A stretch of DNA of 64,000 bases. Origin: Squalus acanthias (Eukaryota). The DNA is taken from NCBI GenBank assembly GCA_030390025.1, contig CM059447.1, positions 24,056,001-24,120,000 of the forward strand, written 5' to 3'. Within the stretch, counting starts at the first letter, position 1. Each line of letters begins with the position of its first letter. Below are positions 38,251 through 49,501 of this stretch, piece by piece. A program made the translations under genes and the position numbers. Under the pieces are notes generated by a model. That model searched no databases. It had not been told where the DNA came from and saw only the letters and a list, made by a program, of their open reading frames with translations.

Positions 38251-41200
38251 TCACTTGGCATCTGTTAAAAGAAAAAAATAAATTATGAAAACAGTGACAC
38301 AAGTGCTTCAAAAAATAAGCTAATGCTTGAAATCACACCTACCATTGGCATTTCGGGTTCTCTCCTAATTGCTGAAATTAAAGCAAAAAAAATTAATTAA
38401 TTATTTCTGGTACACAAAATTTTATTTGAATTAACATTTCTAACTGTGAAAATTTGCAGTTAATTATTTCTTATAGTTCCAAATCTTCTAATCATGTACA
38501 AGAAAGACAGTAATCTCTGTACAATTGTGATAATATTGACAGTTATAAACAATGCTTACATTTTCATGAATTAAAATTCTAATAATTTCTCCTACTCCAT
38601 AGTCCAACCATAAAATTGATTTTAGAATCTATGGATCCAAAATAAGTGTAATCACCCATCCTATATGTAAGATTTCAGTCCTCTGGACTAGCAGGGTACA
38701 GTATTGTCGTGTTATGTTACCAAACTACTAATCCATAAAACCTGGACTATAATTCAGAGGATAGGAGTTCAAATCCTAACCATCGCATTGTGAGAATTTG
38801 AATTCAGTTTAAAAAAACGCTGGTACCAGTAAAGGTGACCATTGTCATAAAAACCAACTGGTTCACTGAAGTCCTTTAGGTCTGTCCTATATTTGACTCC
38901 AGTCTCACGCCAATGTGGTTGACTCTTAACTGATCACTGAATTAGCTTAGCAAGCCAATCAGACAACAAAGGAGAAGGCCCACCAGCACCTTCTCAGGGC
39001 AACTAGGATGGGCAATAGATGCCAGTTTTGCCAGTGGCGCCCACAACTAGAGAACGATTTTTTTGAAAGTTCCAGTTCTTACTTAAAGAATGTTTCCTTC
39101 CTTCAAACTTCCCCATCTGCCTTTCCATGTACCAAACACCATAACTTGGTACTTGAGACACCACAGGGGACTTTTTCCCACATCTCTTCCAACGCTGCTC
39201 GATGGCTGGATATGGCTCAATAGAAGGTGCACCAGAGCAGCTCAGTGTGACTCATCTGCGGCTGTTCTTCCTTCTCTCGGTGGGAGAGAGGTCGTGGGGG
39301 GGGATGCGTGGCTTGTATTGGTACATTACCTACTCCCTCTTCACCCAACTACTTTATCCAACTATGACATAAGGAAATCTGAAGATTGTAACTAATTCGG
39401 CAACATTCTTAGCTTTAGACGCCTCTAGATTTTACTTGAGCAAACTATTCAGCAAACGTTTTCCTGCTCAGTAAGATAAGGGTATTGAACTTCCAGTGGT
39501 TCAGCCAACAGCTTATCTAAGTCACACAACTCTGGGAAGTGAATTAGAATATCAGAAGCCGTTCAGAGTGTTTCAGATTCTGTTGCATCTTTCTTTTTAT
39601 TAAGCCTTGGAACTTGCACGGTTGGCACAACATATGGTTAAACTGAATTGTCAGGTTGCCAGATGATGGGCTTATTCAAAAAAAGCACCAACCAAAAGTA
39701 TTTTAAAACATAAGATGATGTCATAATTTATGTAATAAAGACTCAAAAAGTTTTAAAAGGAACCAGAAACATTTACACAACCATCATACCTGGACTGAAT
39801 TTTCTCCTGAATCGCAAAACCACCAAGATGGCTATTACAGATAAAAGTGCTCCAACAATGACAAAGACTGCTGTGGGGACCTTATTCCTTTTCTCTTCAT
39901 AATTAGGTAGATCCAAGACTGGAACTGAAAATTTGGAAAATGAAATTTAATTGTAAATTCCAGCTTCAACCTTTGTATGCATAATAATGTCATTTATTTC
40001 TACTCTTTTTTGACTATTAATTAGCAATAGATATGTTGAAGTTCAAACAACACTGTGAGGAAAAGGATTTGAACAGTTTAAAAAGAAGGCCCATAACCTT
40101 CTCTTGGAAAATAGACATGAGCATTAAGTACGGTCTTGTAGCATTGCCCACATCTTGAGAACAAATAAAAACAATATCAATTCTTTAAACAGCCATTTTC
40201 TGAGATTGTTTTGAATAAATACTATGAACTTACTTGGAAAGTGTTTCTGCACCTCGTATTTCTCCTCTTCCACATTCCACACGGCACAAGTATAATTACC
40301 TTCCAGGGCACATTCTGCTACTTTGATTGGAAGCGTGCTGGTGATCTTGAGCAGCCCCTGTCTGGTTTTCACACTACTACTTTTAGCCTTGAATGTGAGA
40401 TTCCTTTTATCATAGACAAACCAATGAATCTGAGCCAGTGGGTATCCAGTCGTTTCACAAGTGAGCTTTGTTGTTCTCATTGTTCTTGTGAGATTTGGGA
40501 ATAAGGTCACTTCTGGCAAACTGTATGGGGCTAAAAAAGACAATTACGTTGATATTAATGTAATGAGAGAGAGCTGTAGAATAATACAGGGGCGGCTTTT
40601 ACACTGCCCCGCCCAACCCAGCAAAAAATAACAACAGTTCTTGGTAAACAATAATTCCCAGATTTATGACATTAGTCTGGTTATATTCAGGTTACCTTAG
40701 GCTAGGGCTGTGATAGAGGAAAACATTTCATGGTACCAATTTGTCTTTTTGATTTGATTTCTGAATACCTGAATTTGAAACTGTTCAGGGAGCTTCAGAT
40801 TAGGCTGCACCTTTCTCTTTATCATTTTTGTCTTATTTAGAAAGTAGCTTATTCATTCATCTTGCATATTTTTCTGGTGTACATCTGTGTCCTCTGCCAA
40901 TCTAGTGATGGATTTGCACTGATATTATTGCTTAATTAGTATGGATAGGTAAGGAATGAAGCAGGATTTTATAAACCCCAAACCCACCATAATTTAATCT
41001 GGTACAGTCTAACGCCCACGTTAACTAACACACGTGCAATGTTTGAACAATATTAAAAATGGAGAATAAGAAATTGAATTTTTATACTGCAATACCCAGA
41101 GTAACAATAATTCATTAAAAATATATACTTATATTAATCCCTCTCCACAGCACTGCTTAGCACCATTAAAAACATCATCTGATTGAAAGGGAGGTTATCA

Positions 41201-42259
41201 CGTTTCAATGTTGCTGCTGATTGAAAATATATAAAAGTATTAGCTTGACTCAGTTTGGACCAATCCCACTCTGAGTGGGTTCAAGCCCCAGAAGGAGCAT
41301 GCATTGTTGAAAATGTTGTCTTTCAGATGAGAAATTAAATTGAGTCGCTCATCTACCTGCTCAGGTGGATAGAACAGTGGCGCTTTTCAGGGTGTTCTCC
41401 AGGTATCCTGGCCAACATTTGTTGTCCAACTATCACCACCAAAAAACAGATGAGCTGAGGATTCATTCAGTCATTTGCTGTTTGTGGAACTTTTCTATAT
41501 GCAAGTTGGCTGCTGTAATTGATTACATAACAGCATTGGCTGCACTTCAAAGCAATCAGTTGCTGTAATAGGTTTTGGGATGTTCTGAGGATGTGCAAGG
41601 TGCTATACAAATGCACAATCATTCTTTCTTTCCTCCCCAAACATTATAACATTCTGTTTGCCTAATGCACATGTCAAGCTTTTATAGGACTGGAATAAAA
41701 CTGGAATTTGTTGCCAATTAGAGGCAACCAATATTCTACAAGAAAAACTAGCAGAGAAAGTACAATTTAACCCACCTTTAACCTTCAGTGTGATGTATTG
41801 ACTGGCGTAACCAGCAACAGTTTCCAAATAATATTGATAGCTTCCACTATCTGACAGTTGTGTTTTCTCGATTACCAGTGATATATCTTGTGAATCTTGA
41901 TGAAGGAATTTAATTCGACCCTGAGCTCCTCCGACACTTCCCTCTGAGTTAAAGACAGGTGTTATTTTTTCACCTTCTCCATATTTACTCAGTTCGATGA
42001 AACTAAACTTGTTCACCTTTGTTGATTTGAATGTGCATGGTAGTATGGTGTCTTCATTAAATATTCCTGTCACTGAATGGTCACAATCTAAAGTCACGTA
42101 CTCTGAAAAACAATCATTTTCATTAACTCAGATTACCTCAATGACAATCGGTGTTGAATGAGTTATATACTGAGACGCACTTCAGTACTTACTTTGTGCA
42201 GAGGATGTGCTTGTGTATAAGATGACATAAAGAAGACATATTGTATGGTATGAACCCAT
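38251..42259 (-). CDS. SECTM1-like / B7-family IgV-IgC type I membrane protein, copy A (~289 aa)
   Basis: Exons: leader 42193-42259 (MGSYHTICLLYVILYTSTSSAQ), V 41776-42102, C 40234-40530, TM 39790-39924, cytoplasmic 38339-38371, terminal 38251-38261 (DAK*). All junctions are AG/GT, phase 1, and the frame is open (870 nt). An alternative donor after 38343 would change the tail. Confidence 0.85.
38695..39065 (+). mobile_element. tRNA-headed SINE in the copy A TM-cytoplasmic intron
   Basis: Same family as 28740-29165; only a ~40-bp remnant persists in copy B (~52868-52905). Confidence 0.65.
39790..39924 (-). CDS. Copy A transmembrane exon
   Basis: IPVLDLPNYEEKRNKVPTAVFVIVGALLSVIAILVVLRFRRKFSP; a hydrophobic run followed by a basic stop-transfer segment. 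Confidence 0.88.
40234..40530 (-). CDS. Copy A IgC exon (B7/PD-L1-type)
   Basis: APYSLP..LTCETTGYPLAQIHW..GLLKITSTL..NYTCAVWN; 297 nt. Confidence 0.9.
41240..41630 (+). mobile_element. DeuSINE-like SINE in the V-C intron (paralog at ~55860-56300)
   Basis: Similar to 51088-51545 and shared by both gene copies. Confidence 0.6.
41776..42102 (-). CDS. Copy A atypical IgV exon (SECTM1-like)
   Basis: KYVTLDCDHSVTGIFNEDTILPCTF..FIELSK..PVFNSE..GRIKF..ISLVIEKTQLSDSGSYQYYLET..QYITLKVK; Tyr stands where the DxGxYxC Cys would be. Confidence 0.9.
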
Positions 42260-43753
42260 TTCCAGACTTCAGTTCACCTGCTGATACAAGGACAATACAG
42301 AAAAATTAAAAGCTCGCGGATCTAATCAAACCTGATTTCATTCTTCTTGTGTATCATAAGTTAGGTTTCGTCAAGAACTTTAAACAACCATATATCACTG
42401 ACCTAAAACTCACATCAGATGCATTTATATTGTTAGAAATTATTGAATTATTTTGCATGTTATTGTTAAAACTAACATACATTTTGTTGTGTTTTCCTAC
42501 AATTCTCACTGCGAGAATCACAGAATCTGTGAACTGGCAGCAGTATACAAATGAAATCGGTAATAACTCCCTATTTCATTTATTATTAGTACTTCTTTTC
42601 TTGCTAATGTTCTCCCCTGCCCTCCTCCTCTGCAGCCATTGACTCTGAGAGAGAGAGAGAGAGAGAGAGAGGATACAGTTCCACTGGCACTGGTTGGTTT
42701 CTGATAGTTCACCCAAATGGCCTTTATTCATTGTGCGAGCCCTGATATAAAATGGTAGAATATCCATGGAGGTTCCCTGATTTCCCACCGTAACTTCAGT
42801 GGAAGATCTGTGGAAACCCTGGAGAAACAGCGTAAATTCCAGGAGTGAGCTATTCTGACACAGGGTGCATCGCAACTGAATAATTAGGACAATTCTGGAG
42901 CTCCACAATCAGGGATTAAACCCCAGACCTTCCTGGTCTTGCTACAGCTCAGCTACTTATTGGATAAACACAATGAACAATCAGGAAAGACACATTTAAG
43001 TATCCTAATACTTTTCTAGTTTATCTCTAAATGTTTCCACGCGTACAAAATTTATTTTTCGGCCATTCTTTCAGCAAACATATCACCATTTGCACCGACA
43101 CAATCTCTAATGTTCCACATATCAGCATAGGAATCTTGAAAATGCTTTAACGCTCCAGGCAATTCAAAAAAATCCGTCCGAGAAAGTTTTGTTTTAATTT
43201 GGCAATCTCCTCCAAAAATAAGAAATTGGCAAGCAATTCAGGTAAAGAATTAAATTTACATATTTTTGGAAGTAACTTAAATATATTTTTATATTATATT
43301 GTGTGGCTAGATTACAGTATAATAGGAGGTTTCTGTTTCCTTGACCAGATTTTGTAGACAATAAAAAACATCTTTTACATGTTCTCACACATTAAGGCCA
43401 TTCTTTCCCACTGCCAGTGAATATTAACGTACAAAGCTGACAGAAAATTGCAGTTTTTAACCAGATCCCACAGAAATGAATCTTCTGCATTAGTCCCTGA
43501 TTCAATGGGCTGGATTTTCTCAATGGAGACGTGCTGGAGGCGGGAATTCTGGTTTCCGGGTTTCAGTCCCGCCCCCAGCGACGTCTGACCAACGCACGCT
43601 ATTTTCCCTTGATTGGCCTGGTTAAGCCCGCCCCTGCGGGCTTACCGGCTAATTAAGGGAAAGCCGGTGACAGATGACGTCAGCGTATGACACTTAATCT
43701 GTCGAAAATTTTTGGACAGCTGAATTGTCAGCGTTTGACAGCTTTGAGAAGCT

Positions 43754-44445
43754 GAAACAACAACAGAAAACGCTGGAAAAACTCAGCAGGCCAGGCAACA
43801 TCCGTGGAGAGAGAAACAGAGTTAACGTTTCAGGTCGAAACCCTTCGTCACAACTGAGAAAAAAGCAGGAAATGAAACAGATAAAAAAGCAAGGGGGAGG
43901 CTGGGGGGAGGAATAAAAGAACAAAAGGGGTGGTCTATGGTAAGTAGAGACATTAAGAGATGCTCAAGGCAAGACGAGATGGTAATAGGACAGGTTAAGA
44001 AACAAAAGGTGGCTCAGAAGTGTGAAATGCTGGCAGAATGAGAGACAGCTGCTGTGGGGGAGAGAGAGAAAAAAAAGGGAAAAGGCACAAACCAAAAGGG
44101 TGGATAAAATGTATATATATGTCTCTCATTCTGCCAGCATTTCACACTTCACACTTCTGAGCCACCTTTTGTTTCTTAACCTGTCCTATTACCATCTCGT
44201 CTTGCCTTGAGCATCTCTTAATGTCTCTACTTACCATAGACCACCCCTTTTGTTCTTTTATTCCTCCCCCCAGCCTCCCACTTGCTTTTTTATCTGTTTC
44301 ATTTCCTGCTTTTTTCTCAGTTCTGACGAAGGGTTTCGACCTGAAACGTTAACTCTGTTTCTCTCTCCACGGATGTTGCCTGGCCTGCTGAGTTTTTCCA
44401 GCGTTTTCTGTTGTTGTTTCAATTTTCCAGCATCCGCAGTATTTT
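43754..44445. mobile_element. Penelope-like element 3' ends in inverted orientation (~295-bp arms, ~70-bp spacer)
   Basis: 43754-44048 is the near-perfect reverse complement of 44120-44420; contains CTGACGAAGGGTTTCGACCTGAAACGTTAAC. Confidence 0.85.
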
Positions 44446-44529
44446 GCTATCAAACTAATAAACTGTATTGTGCTTTTTTTTTCTTTCTTTTTAGCATTCC
44501 ACTTGCCAGCCTGTTCATCCTTTCCTGAA

Positions 44530-45310
44530 AAGTATAACTTCACAGTTCTGGTATCATCCTTGTAAATCTTTTTTGCACCCTCTGCAGTGCCTCTATGTTA
44601 TTTTTATAATATGGTGACCAGAACTGCACACAGTACTCCAAGTGTGGTCTAACCAAAGTTCGATGCAAGTTTAGCATAACTTCTTTACTTTTCAATTCTA
44701 TCCCCTAGAAATAAACCCTAGTGCTTGGTTAGCTTTTATTATGGTCTTATGGATCTGTGTTGCAACTTTTAGTGATTTGTGTATTTGTACTCCCAGATCC
44801 CTTTGCTTCTCTACCCCATTTAGTTTCTTATTTTCTAAGTAGCATGTGACCTTCCTTATTTTTCTTACCAAAATGTAATACCTCACACTTATCTACGTTG
44901 AAATTCATTTGCCAAATTTATGCCCATTCTGCAAGTTTATTAATGTCTTCTTTTCATTTCTTGCAGTCCTCCTCAGTGTTGACTATCGCTCCCATCTTAG
45001 TGTCATCCACAAATTAAAAAATTGTGTTTATGATTCCAAAGTATAAATCATTGAAATAAATTGTGAACAACAGTGGTCATCCCTTGTTGTGCTCCACCTC
45101 CACTTTTCTCCACTCTATCTTTTCTAAATATGGTATACCATGCAATGTTTAATTCCCAGTTTTGATTTTTCTGTAGCCATGTCTCAGTAATCCCGACTAT
45201 ATCTGGTTCCTCGCAATTTATTATTGCCTCCAGTTCCCCTGTTTTATTATGGACACTGTGTGCATTGCTGTACAGTTTTAACTCACTTTTGATAGTAGTT
45301 CCTCTCACTT
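44530..45310 (-). mobile_element. Internally deleted CR1 ORF2 fragments
   Basis: NAHSVHNK..GITETWL endonuclease piece joined to a QRDLGV..KANQALGFI RT piece. Confidence 0.8.
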
Positions 45311-45766
45311 TATTTTAACCATCTTTTTACTCTCCTGTTCTACAACTCTATTTATTCCCTGGCCATTTATGTCCCCCCCTTAGTTTAGTCTGTCCCATGC
45401 TCTCCTTTTCTCTGTTTCATTTATATTTAAGCTTGTTTCATTTCTTGTAGATCCCTCCCCAGTCTGTTGAACCAATACTTACCTCCCCCCATTCCATTAT
45501 CTAATTTTCCTCAATTATTTTGCGAGGGTAAGAGGCAGTTACTCTTTCCAAACATCCAGGCGTTTTAACTATTAAAAAGTTAAGAGAATTGCAACCTTTC
45601 ATATATTGCAGTGAAAGTAACAGTATGTCAGAGATTGCTGAGAGATAGTTTGCTCACAGATGCTTATTTGTTTGATGTGAGTTACTGTTTTAAAGTCCAA
45701 AATGTAGGGGCTCATTTATCTCTGATTTTAGTACAGCGACCTTCCCAAAGCAAGCCACAGAGACCG

Positions 45767-45843
45767 ACACACACACACACACACACATAGACATCCATAC
45801 ACACACACACAGACACATATAACTGTACATACACACACACACA
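45767..45843. repeat. (CA)n-type microsatellite in intron 1 of copy A (shorter in copy B, ~58483-58509)
   Basis: Direct inspection. Confidence 0.85.
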
Positions 45844-45989
45844 ACGATGTTTTACACAAGTATCAAGGAAGCAATATGCTTTAAGTTTTTGAATGTCAGA
45901 CTGTACCTTAGTTCCAACCACAATGCGGAGATCCAGCCAGCTCAACACGAAACAGGGGTTCAAATTGACCCAAGAAAAGTCACCATTCA

Positions 45990-46380
45990 AATTCCGAGAA
46001 TTTGACATATGTTGCGAATGATTCCGGGATCTCGGCGCGGAGTATCTGCTCAGATGAATTGGAACCAAGCGCTGGGATCTGCGAGGAGCGAGTGGGACTG
46101 TCGGCTCGATCCACTCTCCAGTCTGGGAGAGCGACCAGCGCCTGTTACCTTGTGTCAGTACAAACAGTGACCAAGGTTGTCTGGCGCTCCTCCACTGTCT
46201 CTCTGCACACCTGTGCTGTTGAAAATGAACACAGAAAACAGCTGGCTCTCCCGTTTTCCCCCCTCCTTAAACTTTCTGTTTCGATATGAGTGGATAGCAG
46301 CCAAGTTGGCAAAGGAAGAGTTTCGATGGAAAAATAACCCAAATGTGCCTGAGGTGTCACTGAACTTTCCCCACCAGCAC
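45990..46380 (-). promoter_or_regulatory. Putative promoter and non-coding exon 1 of copy A with interferon-response motifs
   Basis: Donor CAAG|GTAAC at 46149; the leader exon has an acceptor at 42277 and so needs an upstream exon. ISRE/IRF-E GAAACAGAAAGT at 46271-46282, GAS TTCCGAGAA at 45992-46000, and locally CpG-rich sequence. Confidence 0.6.
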
Positions 46381-47112
46381 TGTTGGTTGTGATAAACCTT
46401 GAATTACCCAGATGAATATGATAAATAAAACATCCTTCGAAACATATTTCAATAACAGAATTTGATAGTTTTCATTCCAGCAAGGGGAGCTATTCTCTCA
46501 CGTTGAAAAAAGTCGAACGGTTCCTTTACTGAAAACACTAGATGGAGTGCAAGCCCAATGCAGCCATATCATTAGCTGTGTAATAGATTCCCTCATTGTA
46601 CCTTTACCTGACCAAGGGGCAACAGCTCCGAAAGCTCGTAATTTTAAATAAAACTGTTGGACTATAACCTGGTATTGTGCGACTTCTCATTTATATCATT
46701 AGCTGGAATGAGATCTGTCAATATAAAATATAAAAGACAATAATGTTCGTTCTAAAATTGTAACTTTCCTACTGAAAATAATCTTCATTGTGTTCTTTCT
46801 GTAAGAACTTTTGCTTAAAGAGAAAAAATAAAGTTTTGCTGCTTTTTTATAATCCGGGGAGTCTCTCTCTGCGTCACTGGAGTCAGCTCAGGCCCGAAAT
46901 CGCAATTAGGAGCTGTGTTGAAACAAGTCAGGACAGTCGCACAGCGCTGGACAACAGAGTGGAGGCACTGGAGGAGGATGGCAAGGTTGACTATGTCGAA
47001 GGTTGCAGGTCATGAAGGAAGAATAATGTACCACAGTCACAGTCAGAGAACGTCATTTGGTGATTTTATTTCCGGAAATAAAACTAGAAGATTTGATTGC
47101 TGAAGAGAGATA

Positions 47113-49501
47113 AAAAACAAAATTCATTTACGAGATGTGGGCGTCGCTGGCAAGGCCAGCATTTATTGCCCATTCATAATTGCCCTTGAGAAGGTGGTGG
47201 TGAGCCGTCGCCTTGAATCGCTGCACTCCGTGTGGTGAAGGTACTGTAAGGGATTTGCGGCTCTGTGCTTCACCTGGGTGCTAGTGCGGGGTTAGGCCTT
47301 ATTGCCTGCTCTGGTCTCCAGCCAGCCTTGTAGCACTAGACACCTGTGAGTGGTTCGACCCACTCGCCCTTACAGTTCTGACACTGGACTTAGGTGCGAG
47401 AGCAGTAATGCAGAGAAAACTCAGGTAGACTCGGTTGAATAGTACGAAATGGAAAATCTTTATTGCATATTGTTCAAGATTACGAAATACATGTCATAAA
47501 CACAGATTAATGACAGTACAAGCTTACATAAATCTATAAAACTAGGTTTAGGGAAATGAGGAGCGCACGACACATCGTAAAAGGGGACACACATTATAAT
47601 TATCCTTAATAAAATCACCCTCCCCTATCAATGCCTGCTCTAATCTAGATCTGTAGGATCGAGAAACATGCTCACCACTCGTGACACCTCGGAGAATTCT
47701 ACAACGGTGCTCGGCTGTTTTCGCCACAGCACCTGACTATTCACGTGTTGATCAGGGGTCTCTGTACCCCACTTATTTACTCGCTCTGCTCCGGCTAGCA
47801 GGCTGGAACGTCTGCTGTCATGAAGATCTGTGTTGACCTCGGATTCCTGATAGAATTCGAAGGAGAGTTCTCCTGTGCCGACACCGGTTGTCGGTAGAAC
47901 TCGAAGAAAAGTCTTCTTGGGCCAGTTCGTGTAGTAACCTATAGAGTTCAAAAATGGTCAATGTATTTTCGGGCGCGGTCGGGGTTTACTGACCGCGGCG
48001 GCACGTGTAGTCGTCTTCTTCTTCTTGTCTTGTTTCGTTTCGTCGGGCCTTCGAGTCCCTACACCGTTTACCGACCCTCGGGATGGTGCACCCGCTTACT
48101 GGCCTTCGCAGTCCAGCTCTTCACAGATCTTCGCGGCAAGCCACGAGGTCGACTCCAGAAAAGATCCGTGGAACAAGAGTTCGATGGACAGCAAGAGCAC
48201 GCGAGTTCGGCCCGAGTCGATAGTCAGCAGAGATAAGAGTCGAGAGGATAAGAGAAAGATGGACGTTTGTTCACTACAGTTATAGTACTGTAATTCTTTA
48301 TCTCCCGCCCAATCTTAATGTTCATCTTTTGTCATGTTTTGGCGCTCAAACTTCTTGTATGGGGTGGTTCTTGTCTTTAATGGGTTTCGGTGATACTTGT
48401 AACTGGCTAAATACCCGTTAATGTGTCTCCCATTGTGGAACCGGCTAGGAGTCTCCCTGGAGGGGTTTTGGGGGCCTCCAAATTCTTGTGTAAGCACCCG
48501 CAAATGGCTCTCTCATTGTAGAGCTGCGGGGAGTTTTTGGATTAATGTCTATGGATGGGCCTCTGATTGCCCAGTACAATAGTCTCTTGCTTGTGCCTGG
48601 AAAATGCTTCCAGCACTTATATTTCTTGCTTTTGTGTCAAAATGCAAATCGATCGCGTCTTGTCTTATATCAATATATGCTGAGTATTGTCCGATCTTGC
48701 TGAAATGTTTATTGGAACGCCATCTTGTCTGCCTACTGAAAAGTCTAGAAACTTCTGCCACGAGGCGCGGCGGCCATTTTACAGGCTTCTTGTGTCCGTT
48801 TTGAAACCTGACAGCATTTTGCTGAAATAAAACTGTTTTAACGAATCTGTATCTCTCTTTCTCGTTATTTCAAAATCGCGATAATTTGTGAATTTTACAG
48901 TACTCCCACAGTGCTATTAGAGAGGGAGTTCCAGGATTCGGACCCAGTGATGATGAGGGAGCAGTTATATATTTCCAAGTCAGGATGGTGTGTGACTTGG
49001 AGGGGAACTTGGAGGTGGTGGTGTTCCCATGCACCTGCTGCCCTTGTCCTTCTAGGTGGTAGAGGTCGCAGGTTTGGGAGGTGCTGCGAAGAAGCCTTGG
49101 CAAGTTGCTGCAGTGCATCTTGTAAATGGTACACACTGCAGCCACGGTGCATGGTGGAGGGAGTGAATGTTTAAGGTGATGGATGGGGTGTCAATCAAGC
49201 GGGCTGCTTTGTCGTAGATTGTATCAAGCTTCTTGAGTGTTGATGGAACAGCACTCATCCAGGCAAGTGCAGAATATTCCATCACACTCCTGACTTGTGC
49301 CTTGTAAATGGTGGAAAGGCTTTGGGGAGTCAGGAGGTGAATACCCAGAATACTCTGACCTGCTGTTGTAGTCACAGTATTTATGTGGCTGGTCAAGTTA
49401 AGATTCTGCACAATGGTGACGCCCCAGGATATTGATGGTGGGGGATTCGCCAATGGTAATGCTATTGAATGTCAAGGGGAGGTGGTTAGACTCTCTCGTT
49501 G
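47113..49501 (-). mobile_element. 5'-truncated LINE (same family as 20047-22845) interrupted by a solo LTR
   Basis: STIYKAQVRSVMEYS..KKLDTI..HHHLLKGN; GAGATA flanks both ends; absent from the paralogous flank at ~36655-36670. Confidence 0.85.
47245..48899 (-). mobile_element. Solo LTR (1655 bp; TG...CA; 4-bp TSD GTAC)
   Basis: Begins TGTAA, ends TTACA, and is flanked by GTAC on both sides, splitting the LINE sequence GAAGGTAC/TCCCACAG. Minus-strand AATAAA at 47459-47464; orientation is inferred from it. Confidence 0.8.

Noticed and set aside
41776-42102. Pseudogene interpretation of the missing F-strand Cys
   Set aside because: The change is shared by both copies, a second Cys is present in strand A, and all frames and splice sites are intact.
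47640-48285. Short ORFs inside the solo LTR that are identical in both copies
   Set aside because: The identity is explained by the recent duplication; several use non-ATG starts and none has recognisable motifs.
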